Below are positions 27,005 to 40,199 of a DNA stretch of 64,000 nucleotides, piece after piece. The translations under genes were made by a program, and so were the position numbers. Source of the stretch: Squalus acanthias (lineage: Eukaryota); the NCBI GenBank assembly GCA_030390025.1, contig CM059432.1, forward strand, positions 123,444,001-123,508,000, in the 5' to 3' direction. Positions within the stretch are counted from its first letter, which is position 1, and each line of letters starts with the position of its first letter. Below the pieces are notes generated by a model. It did not search any database and was not told the DNA's origin. It saw only the letters and a list, made by a program, of their open reading frames with translations.

Positions 27005-28469
27005 ATTGGACACCAGAGTGTTCTCCAAGTGCCATTCCTGCCAGCCGGACCGTACACAGAGGAATAAGCAGCAGTGATTCTGACCAAGCTGGGGGAATGC
27101 TCGTCAACTAGCAGCATTTGCAAGTAGCCAAAATTGCTGGGTCATTGTATCCCAGCAGGTTGTAATTATGACCTTTGCACCAGTGAAGGAATCTCTTCCA
27201 TTTTGCACTCTCAGCTTTCAATACTATGCTTTTTTTCTGGAACTAAGGAGCGTTGTCTGTATCGATTGCTCGGGCTCTATATTTTTCACAGGCTGCATTT
27301 GTTGTGTAGATTCTCTCAGATTCCGCTAAGTCAGGCGGTGATATTTCAATCTCTCCTAAAAGCATTGTAAAACATTGTGAAATAAACTGATGAGTTTTAT
27401 GAGGTACCCCTGGTTTCATGGACTCTGGCAATAAATATAGCTCATGAAAAATGGGCAGCCCTAAATGGTTACTAATAGCCATACCATCAACTGTAAGTTC
27501 TCTGAGTCACTGTGCGATACATGGCCCTTCATCCAAAACAAATAAAGCCTGGGGCTGAATTTCAGGGAAGGCCTTTTGGGAATGGATCAGGGGCGGGAGT
27601 AACTTCTACCTGCCCCATGGTTGGCACCCTGAACATTTGTGTTAAAATGGTGGCACTGATAGATATTGAACATACACTCGTAAAGGTTTGCTCTCTGCAG
27701 AAAGCAATTACAAAATCAGGTCCAGTGTTTATGTGTTGAAAGAAAACTCGGCATCAAAGAAACCCTCACTCTTCAATCACCCCTCTTATCAGTGTTAAAT
27801 TAGGCCTCCCTGTATTTGGTTAGAATAGGCACAATTGATTGAAACAGAAACAAAAAGTAATCTTGATTTTTTTTATACAATAGGTTTGATGTTTAAAATG
27901 AAACCAAATTTTGAATTAATATTTCAGGAGCTATTTTAAAGAGCCCTTGAGATATAAAATATGGATTAGGGGCATTTAAACACAGAAAATACATCTCATT
28001 AAAGGGCTAGAAAGAGACAGAACGGGAGATGCGAAGATCATTGATCACTGTGTGGTGTAGACGTATTCCATGAACCAACACGCTATGGTCTAATGCGTCA
28101 GCAACATAGGCTACAAAATGGAGAACAGCAAGAAACTGCAATGACAAAACACCAGCCTCCCCATCTTAACACACGCTCAGTGCCGGGAATACACAGAGGG
28201 TATCAGGTATCTCTCACTGAGACGCATAGAGGATATCAGGACATCTCAGTTATACACATGAAAGATTCTAGGACACCTATCAATGAATTATAAGACAGAA
28301 ATGGAATGGAACAGTTCAGATCACATCACAAACTACAGCAGTGGGTTTGTTTCAGCATATGAAACCCATGTTGCATTATTGTCTTCAAATGAATGAGGAC
28401 TTTAAGGCATTTTATATATATATTTATATATATCACTTTGCAGTCGCAATGATCATAATGTCATCAATG

Positions 28470-29053
28470 AGCCATGATCCATGCCTTTGTTACCTCTAGA
28501 CTTGACTATTCCAACGCACTCTTGGCCGGCCTCCCATCTTCCACCCTCTATAAACTTGAGCTCATCCAAAACTCTGCTGCCCGTGTCCTAACTCGCACCA
28601 AGTCCTGCTCACTCATCACCCCTGTGCTTGCTGACTAACATTGGCTCCCAGTCCGGAAACGTCGCAATTTTAAAGCTTTCATCCTTGTTTTCAAATCCCT
28701 CCATGGCCTCGCCCGTTCCTATCTCTGTAACCTCCTCCAGCCCTACAACCCTCCGAGATATCTGCACTCCTCCAATTCTGGCCTCTTGTGCATCCCCGAT
28801 TTTATTTGTTTCACCATTGGCGGCCGTGCCTTCAGCTGCCTAGGCCCTAAGCTCTGGAATTCCCTCCCTAAACCACTTGGCCTCTCTACCTTTCTTTCCT
28901 CCTTTAAGACGCTCCTTAAAACCTACCTCTTCGACCAAGCTTTTAGTCATCTGTCCTAATATCTCCTTATGTGGCTCTGTGTCAAATTTTGTCTTATAAT
29001 ACTCCTGTGAAGCGCCTACGTTAAAGGCGCTTTGTAAATGCAAGTTGTTGTTG
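28470..29053 (+). mobile_element. L2-clade LINE 3' fragment
   Basis: IHAFVTSRLDYSNALLAGLP...LIQNSAARVL...GGRAFSC...LWNSLP; (TTG)n tail. Confidence 0.88.
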
Positions 29054-29995
29054 TGATGAAGGAGTTCAAAAAATCAGTTTGGTGATTTAGAAGCTCATTT
29101 AATAGCAGGTTTGTACCTGAACACCTGCAATGTTATTGTTCCAAAGAAGTGTCACACCCAGAACATTCATTTGTCTTTTCTCTAATTTACAGATGCTGAC
29201 CGACCTACTGTGCATTTCCAGCATTTTGCTTTAATGCAGTATTATTTTTTGATATAGAAAACTCACTAAAGTGTATAATATAGGAAAATACCATAATGGG
29301 CACAGTATGAGGTATGATTAAAGAGATAGCACAGGAGGCTAACTTTAAAGTGCGAGGAGAAAGTGGACGGTCAAGATAATTATTACTGAAGAAAATAAAT
29401 CTTCAAGTGAATGATGACATAAAATTTCTACTGGGTGATGTGTTTTTTTATGAGGCCAAACTATCCTGTTTTCTCGATTTTGAATTCTACTACTATTAGG
29501 CACAATTCTCTGCCAAGTGTTTTGAAAGTTGAGGCTGAGTTTCAAAAGGTTTGAGATTCCACAAGGCAATTAGCAAGTTCTGTATTTTCCCCGGGTGCCT
29601 CTGGGGTATATTTATAGTCAAGGAGTTGTAGAAGGTTCCATGAGATTAAGAAATATTCTGCAGAGCTCTGGGATTGTCTCTTTGTATCTCTGTTCCATCT
29701 CTTCATGACTTACATTGTTCTCTGAACATCAATATCCCCAGAAGGTTTCTCCGATTTCTTTTCTAAATTTTGCATCTGAAAGAGTGAAATTGTTACAATG
29801 TTTGTTTATAATAGTAAAGACTGGTTAAATTTGGTTGAAACTGGCCTGCCTCGTTAATTCACAACTATTCACAATAGGTTGCAGTCATTGGAAACTGACA
29901 ATCTGGTAACTGCCTGCTTAAATTCCCACAAAGGTTGTACAGTGCCTTCCTGATCAACTACGCACACCTTGTAATGTCCCAGTTTAAAAAACAAT

Positions 29996-30142
29996 GGGGG
30001 GGTGAAATTGATCTTGGGCAGTAGCACAAAATGGCCGATAGCGAATCGGCATTGGAAAAGGAAATCAGGGTGGGGTGTAAAACGGGCTGCCGATTCATTA
30101 TCGCCTCTTTTACATGACCGCCCAAGATGGATTTCATCCTCC
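29996..30142. mobile_element. ~150-bp MITE
   Basis: Imperfect TIR GGGGTGAAATTGATCTTGGGC ... GCCCAAGATGGATTTCATCCTCC; related pieces near 25940-26110 and 60175-60262. Confidence 0.6.
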
Positions 30143-31289
30143 ATCTTTCTGTAAATTGCTACATCCCTTTATTTTCCTCCCTGTATCTGTAGATAGCTCA
30201 CTCAGTGTTTTGAATATATATATATTTCCATATTTAGCTAACTGAAACCAAAAATATTTATGTCCTTGTCCTACCTATCCCTATCCAATTATGTTGGTTG
30301 GTTATTTGACCTGCTATTTGGCCGTGATGCTTCAGTACATGATGAGTAGAACTGCCAATGAAAGCATATTATCCCCATAACAACCCAGGTACCTTTAACC
30401 AATGTCTCATTGCTTTTCTAAACATTTTGAGAATGAGGCATTGCGCATTAGTTCGCTCTGACTATTTTTATGGCATGTCTAGAATTACCAAAGGGCACCA
30501 AAGTGGCAAGCAGCCACTGGAGCTGCGACAGGCGCTGACAAATTATTTAAATGAAGTCTGAGGACCAATTTTGGGTGATCCTCAGGCCGGCCTCTTCCGG
30601 TGGGTGCAAGCCTGCTGGTTCATGCCTGAAAATGGTATCTTCATCCCTTCTCATCAACAAATTGAAGCTAACCTCCCATCAGAATTACTTAGACCGCATT
30701 AAAACAAAATCCTATTCAAAAAAAACGTTGAGAACAGCTTGGACTTTATATTAGATGATGTCACAGAGCTGCTTATTCCCCGAAATATGAAGAATTACTT
30801 AAAAAAAACTTAAATTAATAGAGCAAAAATAATGAAAACCTAAAATAGCTCCCATAGCAATTGTAGATGTGGCACATATAGAGAGTCACATTGCAGACAT
30901 TTGATTTTGAAATATTTCATAAGGGAATTGAGCCTCATTCTTGACTGATGACTGCTTCTGATAGGTTATGTATTTCTGTTCTCTCATGAACTGGTTTTAT
31001 TTTTAATGGATTGTAAACATAACATGCAGTGTCATCTATATCTCTCCACTTTTCTGTCAATTATTTGGTCCTCAATAGCTCCGCCCCCATTGAGAGGGCA
31101 GGCAAACAGAATTGCACAGCCCCCCAAAGCTTTGACACCAGTGCTGCATAGTGACCCACCTTATGGCACAGATGTGCCCACCTGAAAACAAATCTGTGTG
31201 GACATTACTGGTCTTGGTATTCATCATAGATATCCTTTTGCTAGCTGTTAGAGAACTGGCACAACCCCTGTGTCAGAGGCTGTATATAC

Positions 31290-31635
31290 CCTTGAGTATA
31301 GAAGATTAAAGGGGTGATCTAATTGAGCTGTTGAAGATGATTAAAGGATTTGATAGGGTAGCTGGGGAGAGACTACTTCCTCTGGTGGGGGAGTCGAGAA
31401 CAAGGGGAGATAGCCTTAAAATTAGAGCGAGGCCGTTCAGGGGTGATGTCAGGAAGCACTTCTTCACATAAAGGGTATTGCAAATCTGGAACTCTCTCCT
31501 CCAAAAAGCTGTTGAGGCTGGGGGTCAATTGAAAATGTCAAAACTGAGATTGATAGATTTTTGTTCGGCAAGGGCATTAAGGGTTACAGAGCCAAGGCGG
31601 GTAGATGGAGTTAAGATACTCCTGTTCCTATGTTC
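31290..31635 (+). mobile_element. CR1 3' fragment
   Basis: GDLIELLKMIKGFDRV...RKHFFT...IWNSL. Confidence 0.8.
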
Positions 31636-32734
31636 CATGAAATTCATGGCAGGCCAGCCAGGCAGGTGTATTGACATATCTCCTTTTCTTCTGCTTTGGG
31701 CATTACATTCCCATCTGTGATCATTTTTCTCTGGCGTTCTGCTCACATTTCTTTGAAGACGGAGATCGAACAACAGTTATTCTTTTGAAGCTCAGATTCT
31801 TTTCCAGGGGTCATTAAACTGCTCAAAGGTGCCAGTTATAAAGCATCCCGATTGAAACGCTCATAAACTTTGTCTAAAAAGCTTCACTGACTATTAATTT
31901 CCACTTCGATTCATCATAAAGAGATAAAGTGTACACGCTACTATGTCACCACCAGGCCACCTTATAACCACTTAGAACCAAGACAGTCTGCAGATATGTC
32001 AGCTCTCATGGATGTCACAGGGTATGATTTCCTGATTCAAGCTCCCAGAAGATTGGATCTTATGCCTAAATTACAGCTGTTCTCTCTCATCCTATTTAGC
32101 ATTGATTAAATACAACTAGACATAATAAAATGGTTACATCTTTCATTTATTGTTCAATATATTTTCTAGCCTCCCCTTGTGAAGACGTTAGTTTATGATG
32201 GGGTACATTTTAATGGATGTTAGTAGCTCTCTGGTATCTTACCAAAGTGGCCATTATTCATGTGCAAGCCTTACCAGTGAGTACCAGGGGGTTATTTGAC
32301 TATGGGAGGTGATATTGATCCTCATTAGATGCCATTTCCAGCACAGGTCACTTCATAACAATTAGGAACAGGAACTCTGAATGATTTTAATTTTCCCCAG
32401 CCCAGAAGCGCTGTGGTAAAATGTCGTATCGCTCCTGCTGGCCTTGTTGAGATCAGCTGACCCGGCACAGATCAGGAATTGAACTCATCATCTTTGCTAA
32501 GGAGGGCCGAGCACAGAGGTCCAAATGATGGTAGCTGTCAGCCAATGGTCCTCAGTACAGTCGATACTGCTCTGTAGATCTCGACAGGGGCGGCAACTCT
32601 TCGGACCTGTGAACCTCTGAAAATCTCATGCTTCTCAATTTAGAAAAGGTCAAAAGATGCCAAATTTTCAAACATAATGGGGCAGTAGCAGAGTTGCAAT
32701 TGCACCAGGACATTAGCACCCCGATCCCACTTGA

Positions 32735-33877
32735 TCATAAAGAACATAAGAATTAGGAGCAGGAGTCGGCCATACGGCCCCTCAAGCCTGCTCCGCCATT
32801 CAATAAGATCATGGCTGATCTTTGACCTCAACTCCACTTTCCTGCCCGATCTCCATATCCCTTGATTCCCCTAGAGTCCAAAAATCTATCTATCTCAGCC
32901 TTGAATATACTCAAAGACTCAGCATTCACAGCCCTCTGGGGCAGAGAATTCCAAAGATTCACAATCCTCAGTGTAGAAATTGCTCCTAATCTCAGTCTTA
33001 AAAGGCCTACCTCTTATCCTGAGACAATGCCCCCTAGTTCCAGACTCTCCAGCCAGGGGAAACAACCTCTCAGCATCTACCCTGTCAATCCCCTTCAGAA
33101 TCATATATGTTTCAATGAGATTACCTCTCATTCTTCTAAACTCCAGAGAGTATAGGCCCAATCTACTCAATCTGTCCTCATACGACAACCCTCTCATCCA
33201 GGGATCAATTTAGTGAATCTTCGTTGCACCAGCTCTAAGGCATCTATGTTCTTTCTCAGATAAGGAAACCAAAACTGTGCACAGTACTCCAGGTGTGGTC
33301 TCACCAGAGCCCTGTACAATTGTAGTAAGACCTCCTTACTTTTGTACTCCAACCCCCTTGCAATAAAGGCCAACATGCCATTTGCCTTCCTAATTGCTTG
33401 CTGTACCTGCATGCTAACTTTCTGTGTTTCCTGTATGAGGACACCTAAATCTCACTGAAAACCAACACTTAATAGTTTCTCACCAATTAAAAAATATTCT
33501 GTTTTTCTTCCTACCAAAGTGAATAACCTCACATTACCCCACATTATACTCCATCTGCCACCTTATCACCCACTCACTTAACCTGTCTATATCCCTTTGC
33601 AGGCTCCTTGTGTCCTCCTCACATCTTACTTTTGCACCTAGCTTTATATTGTCAGCAAACTTGGATACATTGCACTCGGTCTCTTCAGCTAAGTCATTGA
33701 TATAGATTGTAAATAGCTGAGGCCCAAGCACTGATCCTTGCGGCACCCCACTAGTTACAGCCTGCCAACCGGAAAATGATCCGTTTATTCCTACTCTCTG
33801 TTTTCTGTCCGTTAACTAATCCTCTCTCCAAGCTAATACCTTACCCCCCCAACCCCATGAGCCCTTATCTTGCACAG
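32735..33877 (-). mobile_element. 5'-truncated CR1 LINE
   Basis: ORFs 33534-33746 (PQGSVLGP), 33194-33412 and 32919-33197; TTCTTATG tail. Confidence 0.9.
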
Positions 33878-34275
33878 ATCCTCACCTGCCACCTTCTTAA
33901 CCAGGCAGTTTTTTGTAGACGTCCAAGGCACCACTGGAAACAGGTGGGAGCCTCGTGCATGCATGCAAAGTGGGCCCTATGATGTCATTAGGATACCGAT
34001 GCAATTTTAACATCCAAAAATGGAAGCCTCCCCCAGCGCCAATCCTGCTGAGTAAAACCTAGCAGGAATATTTTCCAAAGGATCATTGAAAGCAGTATAT
34101 AAAGGAAGAAAGAAAGACTTGCATTTCTATAGCACCTTTTACGACCTCAGGACGTCCCAATGTGCTTTACAGCCAATGAAGTACCTTTGTAGTGTAGTCA
34201 CTGTTGTAATGTAGGAAATGCGGCAGCCAGTTTGCGCACAGCAAGCTCCCATAAACCAGATAATGACCAGATTCA

Positions 34276-34449
34276 GGGTGAAAAATTGGGTTGCTTTGCG
34301 CCTCCCGTTAGCGCCCATGCGCGGCGCCGCTAACGCCTCCCGCGAAATTCAGCGGGAGGTTAGCGGCGGCAGTAGCCGGTAACGCCCCGTGGCGCTGCGG
34401 CTCCAGCGAAGTTAGCACCCAGAGGTGGCCCTGACCCAATTTTTCCCCC
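34276..34449. mobile_element. GC-rich hairpin MITE inserted into a DeuSINE fragment (34105-34477)
   Basis: TIR GGGTGAAAAATTGGGT ... ACCCAATTTTTCCCCC; SINE sequence TAATGACCAGAT|AATCTGTTTTTTAGTGATG resumes after it. Confidence 0.75.
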
Positions 34450-34477
34450 AATCTGTTTTTTAGTGATGTTGATTGAG

Positions 34478-34829
34478 TGTGAAAGGAATGGCTTGGACAT
34501 TGTAAGGATACTTTATGGTGTTGGTGTGGGGTGGTGCCAACCTGGCGCATCATGTGGCATCATGTACAGTGTCAAGTGAAGTAAATCTGGCCATGGTGAG
34601 GCCATCCCTGGCCTCCCGGGTAGCAATGTGGTTGGGTGCTGATGCTTTGTGTCCTGTGCAGCATCGGGTGATTGCAGAGAAGGTTGGTGTTGTTGTTGGT
34701 GCTGCTGGTGTTGGGCCTGATCGTGGTCGGGTTCTGAGGACCAAGTTGAGACATCACCAACGTGAACTTCGACCCTAGCGCTGAATTTATCGCTGGGTCC
34801 GCCCAGTGACCCCCTGGAAAATTCCGGCC
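34478..34829 (-). mobile_element. Internally deleted Harbinger: transposase N-terminus fused to its C-terminus, plus one terminal repeat
   Basis: STWSSEPDHDQAQHQQHQQQHQPSLQSPDAAQ (compare 39882 N-terminus) joined to HIATREARDGLTMARF (compare 38681 C-terminus); end GGAAAATTCCGGCC. Confidence 0.7.
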
Positions 34830-35140
34830 ACATTGTCTGCTGGGCCACAGCTTTGCCTGTGGCAGTGAAAGCCATCACTGCCCTGAACTTCTTTGCCTCA
34901 GGCCGTTTCCAGGATGGTGCAGAGGACATTTCCTGCACCCCTCAGTCTGCAGTTCATAAACACATCAAGCAGGTCACCTAGGCCAGGACCAACAACGATA
35001 TTACTTTCCCAACGTACACCAGCAATCAGAAGGAAAGGGCTCTGGGATTTGCTGCATGTACTGGGGGGTCATAGACTTTACAAATGTAGCCATCAGGGCA
35101 CCAGAAAACCAGCCAGGAGCATTCGTTAACAGGAAAGGAT
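34830..35140 (+). pseudogene. HARBI1-like Harbinger transposase fragment
   Basis: ALPVAVKAITALNFFASGRFQ...QSAVHKHIKQVT...GVIDFTNVAIRAPENQPGAFVNRKG. Confidence 0.8.
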
Positions 35141-35395
35141 TACATAGAATTTACAGCACAGAAACAGGCCATTCAGCCCAACAGGTCTATGCTGATGTTT
35201 CTGCTCCACATGAGCCTCCTCCCACCTTACTTCATCTAACCCCATCAACATATCCTTCTGTTCCTTTCTCCCTTATGTGTTTATCTAGCCTCCCCTTAAA
35301 TGCATCTATGCTATTCACCTCAACCACACCCTGTGGTAGCAAGTTCCACATTCTCACCACTCCTGAAAGCCTTATTGGATTTATTGACGACTATC

Positions 35396-36241
35396 GAGGC
35401 CGGGGATTGGGGCCTGGGGAGGGAGAGAGGCCGGGGATCGGAGCCTGGGGAGGGAGAGAGGCCGGGGATCGGGACCTGGGGAGGGAGAGAAGCCGGAGAT
35501 CGGGGCCTGGGGAGGGAGAGGCCGGGGATCGGGGCCTGGGGAGGGAGAGAGGCCGGGGATCGGAGCCTGGGGAGGGAGAGAGGCCGGGGATCGGGACCTG
35601 GGGAGGGAGAGAAGCCGGAGATCGGGGCCTGGGGAGGGAGAGGCCGGGGATCGGGGCCTGGGGAGGGAGAGAGGCCGGGGATCCGGGCCTGGGGAGGGAG
35701 AGAGGCCGGGGATCGGGGCCTGGGGAGGGAGAGAGGCCGGGGATCGGAGCCTGGGGAGGGAGAGAGGCCGGGGATCGGGGCCTGGGGAGGGAGAGAGGCC
35801 GGGGATCGGGGCCTGGGGAGGGAGAGAGGCCGGGGATCGGGGCCTGGGGAGGAAGAGAGGCCGGGGATCGGAGCCTGGGGAGGGAGAGGCCGGGGATCGG
35901 AGCCTGGGGAGGGAGAGAGGCCGGGGATCCGGGCCTGGGGAGAGAGAGAGAGGCCGGGGATCGGGGCCTGGGGAGGGAGAGAGGCCGGGGATCGGGGCCT
36001 GGGGAGGGAGAGAGGCCGGGGATCGGGGCCTGGTGAGGGAGAGAGGCCGGGGATCGGGGCCTGGGGAGGAAGAGAGGCCGGGGATCGGGGCCTGGGGAGG
36101 GAGAGAGGCCGGGGATCGGGGCCTGGGGAGGGAGAGAGGCCGGGGATCGGGGCCTGGGGAGGAAGAGAGGCCGGGATCTGGGCCTGGGGAGGGAGAGAGG
36201 CCGGGGATCGGAGCCTGGGGAGGGAAAGAGGTCGGGGATCA
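35396..36241 (+). repeat. 31-bp G-rich minisatellite, ~27-28 copies
   Basis: Consensus GAGGCCGGGGATCGGGGCCTGGGGAGGGAGA; the 31-aa periodicity of the overlapping ORFs equals 3 units; degenerate copies at ~36385-36440. Confidence 0.95.
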
Positions 36242-36613
36242 GGGAGGAATTTCTATAACCTAAATCCCCTTTCTTGTTTCCCACAGGTCGGGATGGTGAA
36301 GAGGATTTTGCAGAGAGCCTGAAGCAGTGAAATCATGTCCCGGGAAAGGTGCAGCACTGACAGCCGAACCCTGGGCAGCGGCCCCAGGGAGAGAGGCCGG
36401 GGATCTAGGCCTGGGGAGGGGAGAGGCCAGTGATCCGGGCTCAGGGACCTCCTCCTCGCCCTCCTCTCCCTGGCCTGTATGTTAAATATCCAGTGAGTCC
36501 CACGATCCGAGGCCCCTCCTCACTTCCCCAGCATTTGCACATCACCAGCCCCCATGTCACTGCATTTATTCCCACCCTCTCTACAACCCTTCTCTCTCCT
36601 TAAATAAAGACAT

Positions 36614-37044
36614 TGGTTGGCACCCTATCCACCACTTTAAACATTCACTCCCTCCACCACCAGCGTACTGTGACTGCAGTGTGTACCATCTACAAGATGC
36701 ACTGCAGCAACTCACCAAGGCTTCTTCAGCAGCACCTCCCAAACCCGTGACCTCTTCCACCTAGAAGAACAAGGCCAGCAGGCACATGGGGACACCACCA
36801 CCTCCAAGTTCCCCTCCAAGTCACACACCATCCTGACTTAGAAGTATATCACTGATCCTTCATCGTCACTGGGTCAAAATCCTGGAACTCCCTACCTAAC
36901 AGCAGTGTGGGAGTACCTTCACCACACGGACTGCAGCGGTTCAAGGCAACGGCTCACCACCACCTTCTCAAGAGCAACTAGGGATGGGCAATAAATGCTG
37001 GCCTTGCCAGCGATGCCCACATCCCAGGAATGAATTTTTTTTAA
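36614..37044 (+). mobile_element. 3' fragment of the LINE family at 60313-62365
   Basis: Highly similar to 61880-62360, including tail GGGATGGGCAATAAATGCTGGCCTTGCCAGCGA. Confidence 0.85.
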
Positions 37045-37352
37045 ATGGCTAAACCCAGACCTGGAGGGCAGGTGTGCAGAGAGACTCTGGCTGCGATTTC
37101 ACCGACCTGGGTGGCTTCAAGGTGGGAGATGGCCCCGCTGCTGTGTTGATCCCGTCGATATCGAAGATCTTCCCCTAATGGGCATTGTTAGGCCCGCCCT
37201 GCGCGTTTCCCGGCCCAATTAAGAGGTGCTGGTCTGGTGATGTCACTGGATGACGCGAGTCTTGCCGGTTTATTTAAAGGGGCCAGGGCCCCACTTAGTC
37301 TCTGTTGCAATTTCATACCATTCAGTGCTGTCAGTGTTTGCATCTCTGAACT

Positions 37353-38405
37353 ATGAGCGCCCAGTGCCAAAGAGCAGCACCTCGCTTCTCAGATGAGTCC
37401 CTCCATCATCTTGTGGAGGGTGTGAGAGCATGTAGGGAGGTTCTCTTCCTTACGGACGGTAGGAAGAGGCCTCCCCAGCAGACAAAGGCAGCGTGGCTGC
37501 AGATAGCACAGCAGGTAACGGGGATGTCAGTGGTGGTTTGCACCTAGGTGCAGTGCCGGAAAAGGTTCAATGATCTTCTAAGATCAGGAAAAGTGAGTAT
37601 AAGCCCACACTTACCTTGATGCTGCTGTGCCTGTCATCACATTTTCACCACTCTGCATTGCCAACCTTACTCCTGCACAACGTTACTCACCCCAACATCC
37701 CTTGGACCTTCATCCATCCCTCCATCGCTATCTACATTATCAGGTCCCCATCTTACTATGCACCCCTCACACTTAGCCTCATCGTAATGCAATGACAGCA
37801 ACTAACGACACAAAAGGAGGCAACTTGGTATTGGCCACCCATTCCATCAAAGCTTCCCTGTAAAGCTCTATCCCATTCCATTCCTTACACTCATTCCATC
37901 ACTCTCACTCAACCTTCTCTCCTTTCCCTTCTTGCAGGAAAAGATAGCCCACAATAAGAGGGAGAGGGAGAGAACGGGAGGAGGCCCTCAACAAGCCATG
38001 GCATATCTGACCTTTGCAGAGGAGGCAGCACTGGAGATTGCTGGAGTGGTGGACCTGCCGGAAGTGGGGGACGGAGAGAGGGGCTCATTAGAAGAAGCTG
38101 GTGACAGAATGAATTTCCATACAATTGCATGCCTTTCATCAGTCACTCATATGGGGTGTGATGTCAAGACAAAATGAATGCTCATCATATGGATAATGGC
38201 ATGTATCTGCAGTCGACATCCTGTATATCTAACTAACGTCTTTACTCTCCCACAGGTCCATCAAGAGCCCCCCCCCCCCCCACTGTCCAGGCGGAACAGC
38301 AAGAAGACGCAGCAGGGAGGTGAGGAGGCTGCCTCCACCTCTGCTGAAGCCACAGGGGTAGCACCACGTAGAAGCACCCGGAAAAGAAAGATCCCACACA
38401 AATAG
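37353..38405 (+). pseudogene. Harbinger Myb/SANT-like DNA-binding protein gene 1 (3 exons: 37353-37592, 37938-38100, 38256-38405)
   Basis: RAAPRFSDESLHHLVEGV..REVLF..AAWLQIA..T*VQCRKRFNDL | EKIAHNKRERERTGGGP; GT-AG introns with polypyrimidine tracts; premature TAG at 37545; basic RRSTRKRK tail is out of frame; AATAAA near 38475. Confidence 0.85.
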
Positions 38406-38680
38406 TCACAAGGATAGTCACTTGGGTGTCTTTTTCATTATCAATGTCATCTTTATATTATATGAAGTCTTTGTAATAAATCATTTAATTGTGACACTTT
38501 GACGTCGTTGCCAAATGTGTGTGCTCAAATGGAAGTAGCAGAGTGAAGGGTCAGGGCTCATTTTACATCCAGCAATGGTGGTGAGAGTGAAAACAAGGGA
38601 CTTTTCATTTTTTGACTGCTCTATGGTGTTGGTGTGGGGTGATACCACCCTGCGCAGCCACATGTATGAGCTGCATAAAG

Positions 38681-39882
38681 TTAGTTAAATCTGGCATTGA
38701 TTAGGGCATCCCTGGTGTGACAGGCAGCAACGTGCTCATGTATTGGTCGCAATGGCACTGCTGGCTCATGTAGGTCTTAAGTCATCCTCGTTTTCAACCT
38801 CATGGTGCTCCTCCTCGTCCTCGTCCTCTGATGAGGCTGTGCGCTCTGCGCCATCTTCCTCATCCAGTGCTAACCCTCACTGCTGCGCTATGTTGTGCAG
38901 GGCACAGCAGACCACAACTATTCTGGAGACCCTGGCTGGTGCGTACTGAAGGGCTCCTCCAGATCTGTCGAGGCATCTGAAGCGCATTTTCAACATGCCT
39001 ATTGTTTGTTCTATGACACTTCTCGTCGACATGTGGCTTTGATTATATCGTCCCTCAGGTTCGTTTGTTGGCCTCCTCAAAATTTGTCATGAGCCACGTC
39101 TTCAGGAGATAGCCCTTGTCTCCAAGCTGCCAGCCGGAAAGACTGTTTAGCGGTGCGAAGAGCTGAGGGACGGTGGAGTGGCGCAGGATTTAAGAGTCAT
39201 GGCAGCTGCCAGGGAACTTGGCGCATACATGTATGATAATCTTCCGATGGTTGCAGACCAGCTGCATGTTGCAGTTAACAAATGCTACTGGGTTCTGATG
39301 GGGCGCCCTGATGGCCACATGTGTGCAGTCGATGACGCCCTGCACCCGTGGGAAGCCAGCTAGAGCGGCAACGCTGAGCACCCGCTCATTGACACTGGCT
39401 TCATCAGTGGCATAATATATATAATTGGCGGACTTGTTAAAGAGGTCATCGGTCACCTATGCGATGCATTTGTGGGCGGCCGACTGCGAGATGCCGCAAA
39501 TGTCTGCTGCAGATGCCTGGAAGGAGCCTGAAGTGAAGAAGTTGAGGGCAATAGTGACTTTGACAGCCACTGGTAAGGGGTGTCCACCCCTTCTCTGGGC
39601 TGCAGGTCTTGCTCCATGAATCCGCAAATGTCGGCGACGACCTGGCGCGATAGCCTGAGCCTCCTTTGGCACTGCTGCTCAGTCATGTTGAGGAAGCTCA
39701 TCCTCTGCCTGTATACCCTGTAATGGGGGTATCGCCTCCGGCGCAGTGCAGCCCTGCGCTCTGCCCTGAGCAGCATCAGGTGGTTCAGGAGAAGGGTGGC
39801 GCTCTTGTTGCTGCTGCTGCTGCTGCGGCTGATCGCCATCAGATTCTGAGGACCAAGGTGAGAGAGCATAAATCGTGGCCAT
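38681..39882 (-). pseudogene. HARBI1-like Harbinger DDE transposase, full length but frameshifted
   Basis: [79 protein letters not shown], spread over several frames. Confidence 0.92.
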
Positions 39883-40199
39883 TCTGATGTTAGATATGGC
39901 AGCTGAAGTTGAGATGACAGAAGCAATCTATCAGGGTGAGATATGATGTTCCAAGGAGGTGACAGTGAATAGAGAGTTTACTCCAAACACTTCCGAATTG
40001 CATAAAGCTGAAAATTCTCTTCCAAATACTGAAGGCTTCAGCTTCTGAGATTGGAAAGTGAGCAGCTGTGAAATGGTAGCTTTTATACCATTTTTCCAGC
40101 TGTCACCTATTCAAAGTAATGGAGAGTTGTTCAAAACCCGACATACTTACCTGACGTGATCCCCGAGTGACGTGAACATCGTGAAAAAGTGGGAAAACT

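Noticed and set aside
35396..36241. CRISPR-like ~30-bp repeat array
   Set aside because: Units are head-to-tail with no unique spacers, there are no cas genes, and the context is eukaryotic.
35056..36322. Three long ORFs (326, 340 and 297 aa), Gly/Arg/Glu- or Pro-rich
   Set aside because: They are by-products of a nearly stop-free 31-bp minisatellite that is open on both strands.
38681..39882. Domesticated host HARBI1 / NAIF1 / MSANTD genes
   Set aside because: The copies are frameshifted, multiple in the window, and associated with TIRs and Myb partners, so they are transposon copies.
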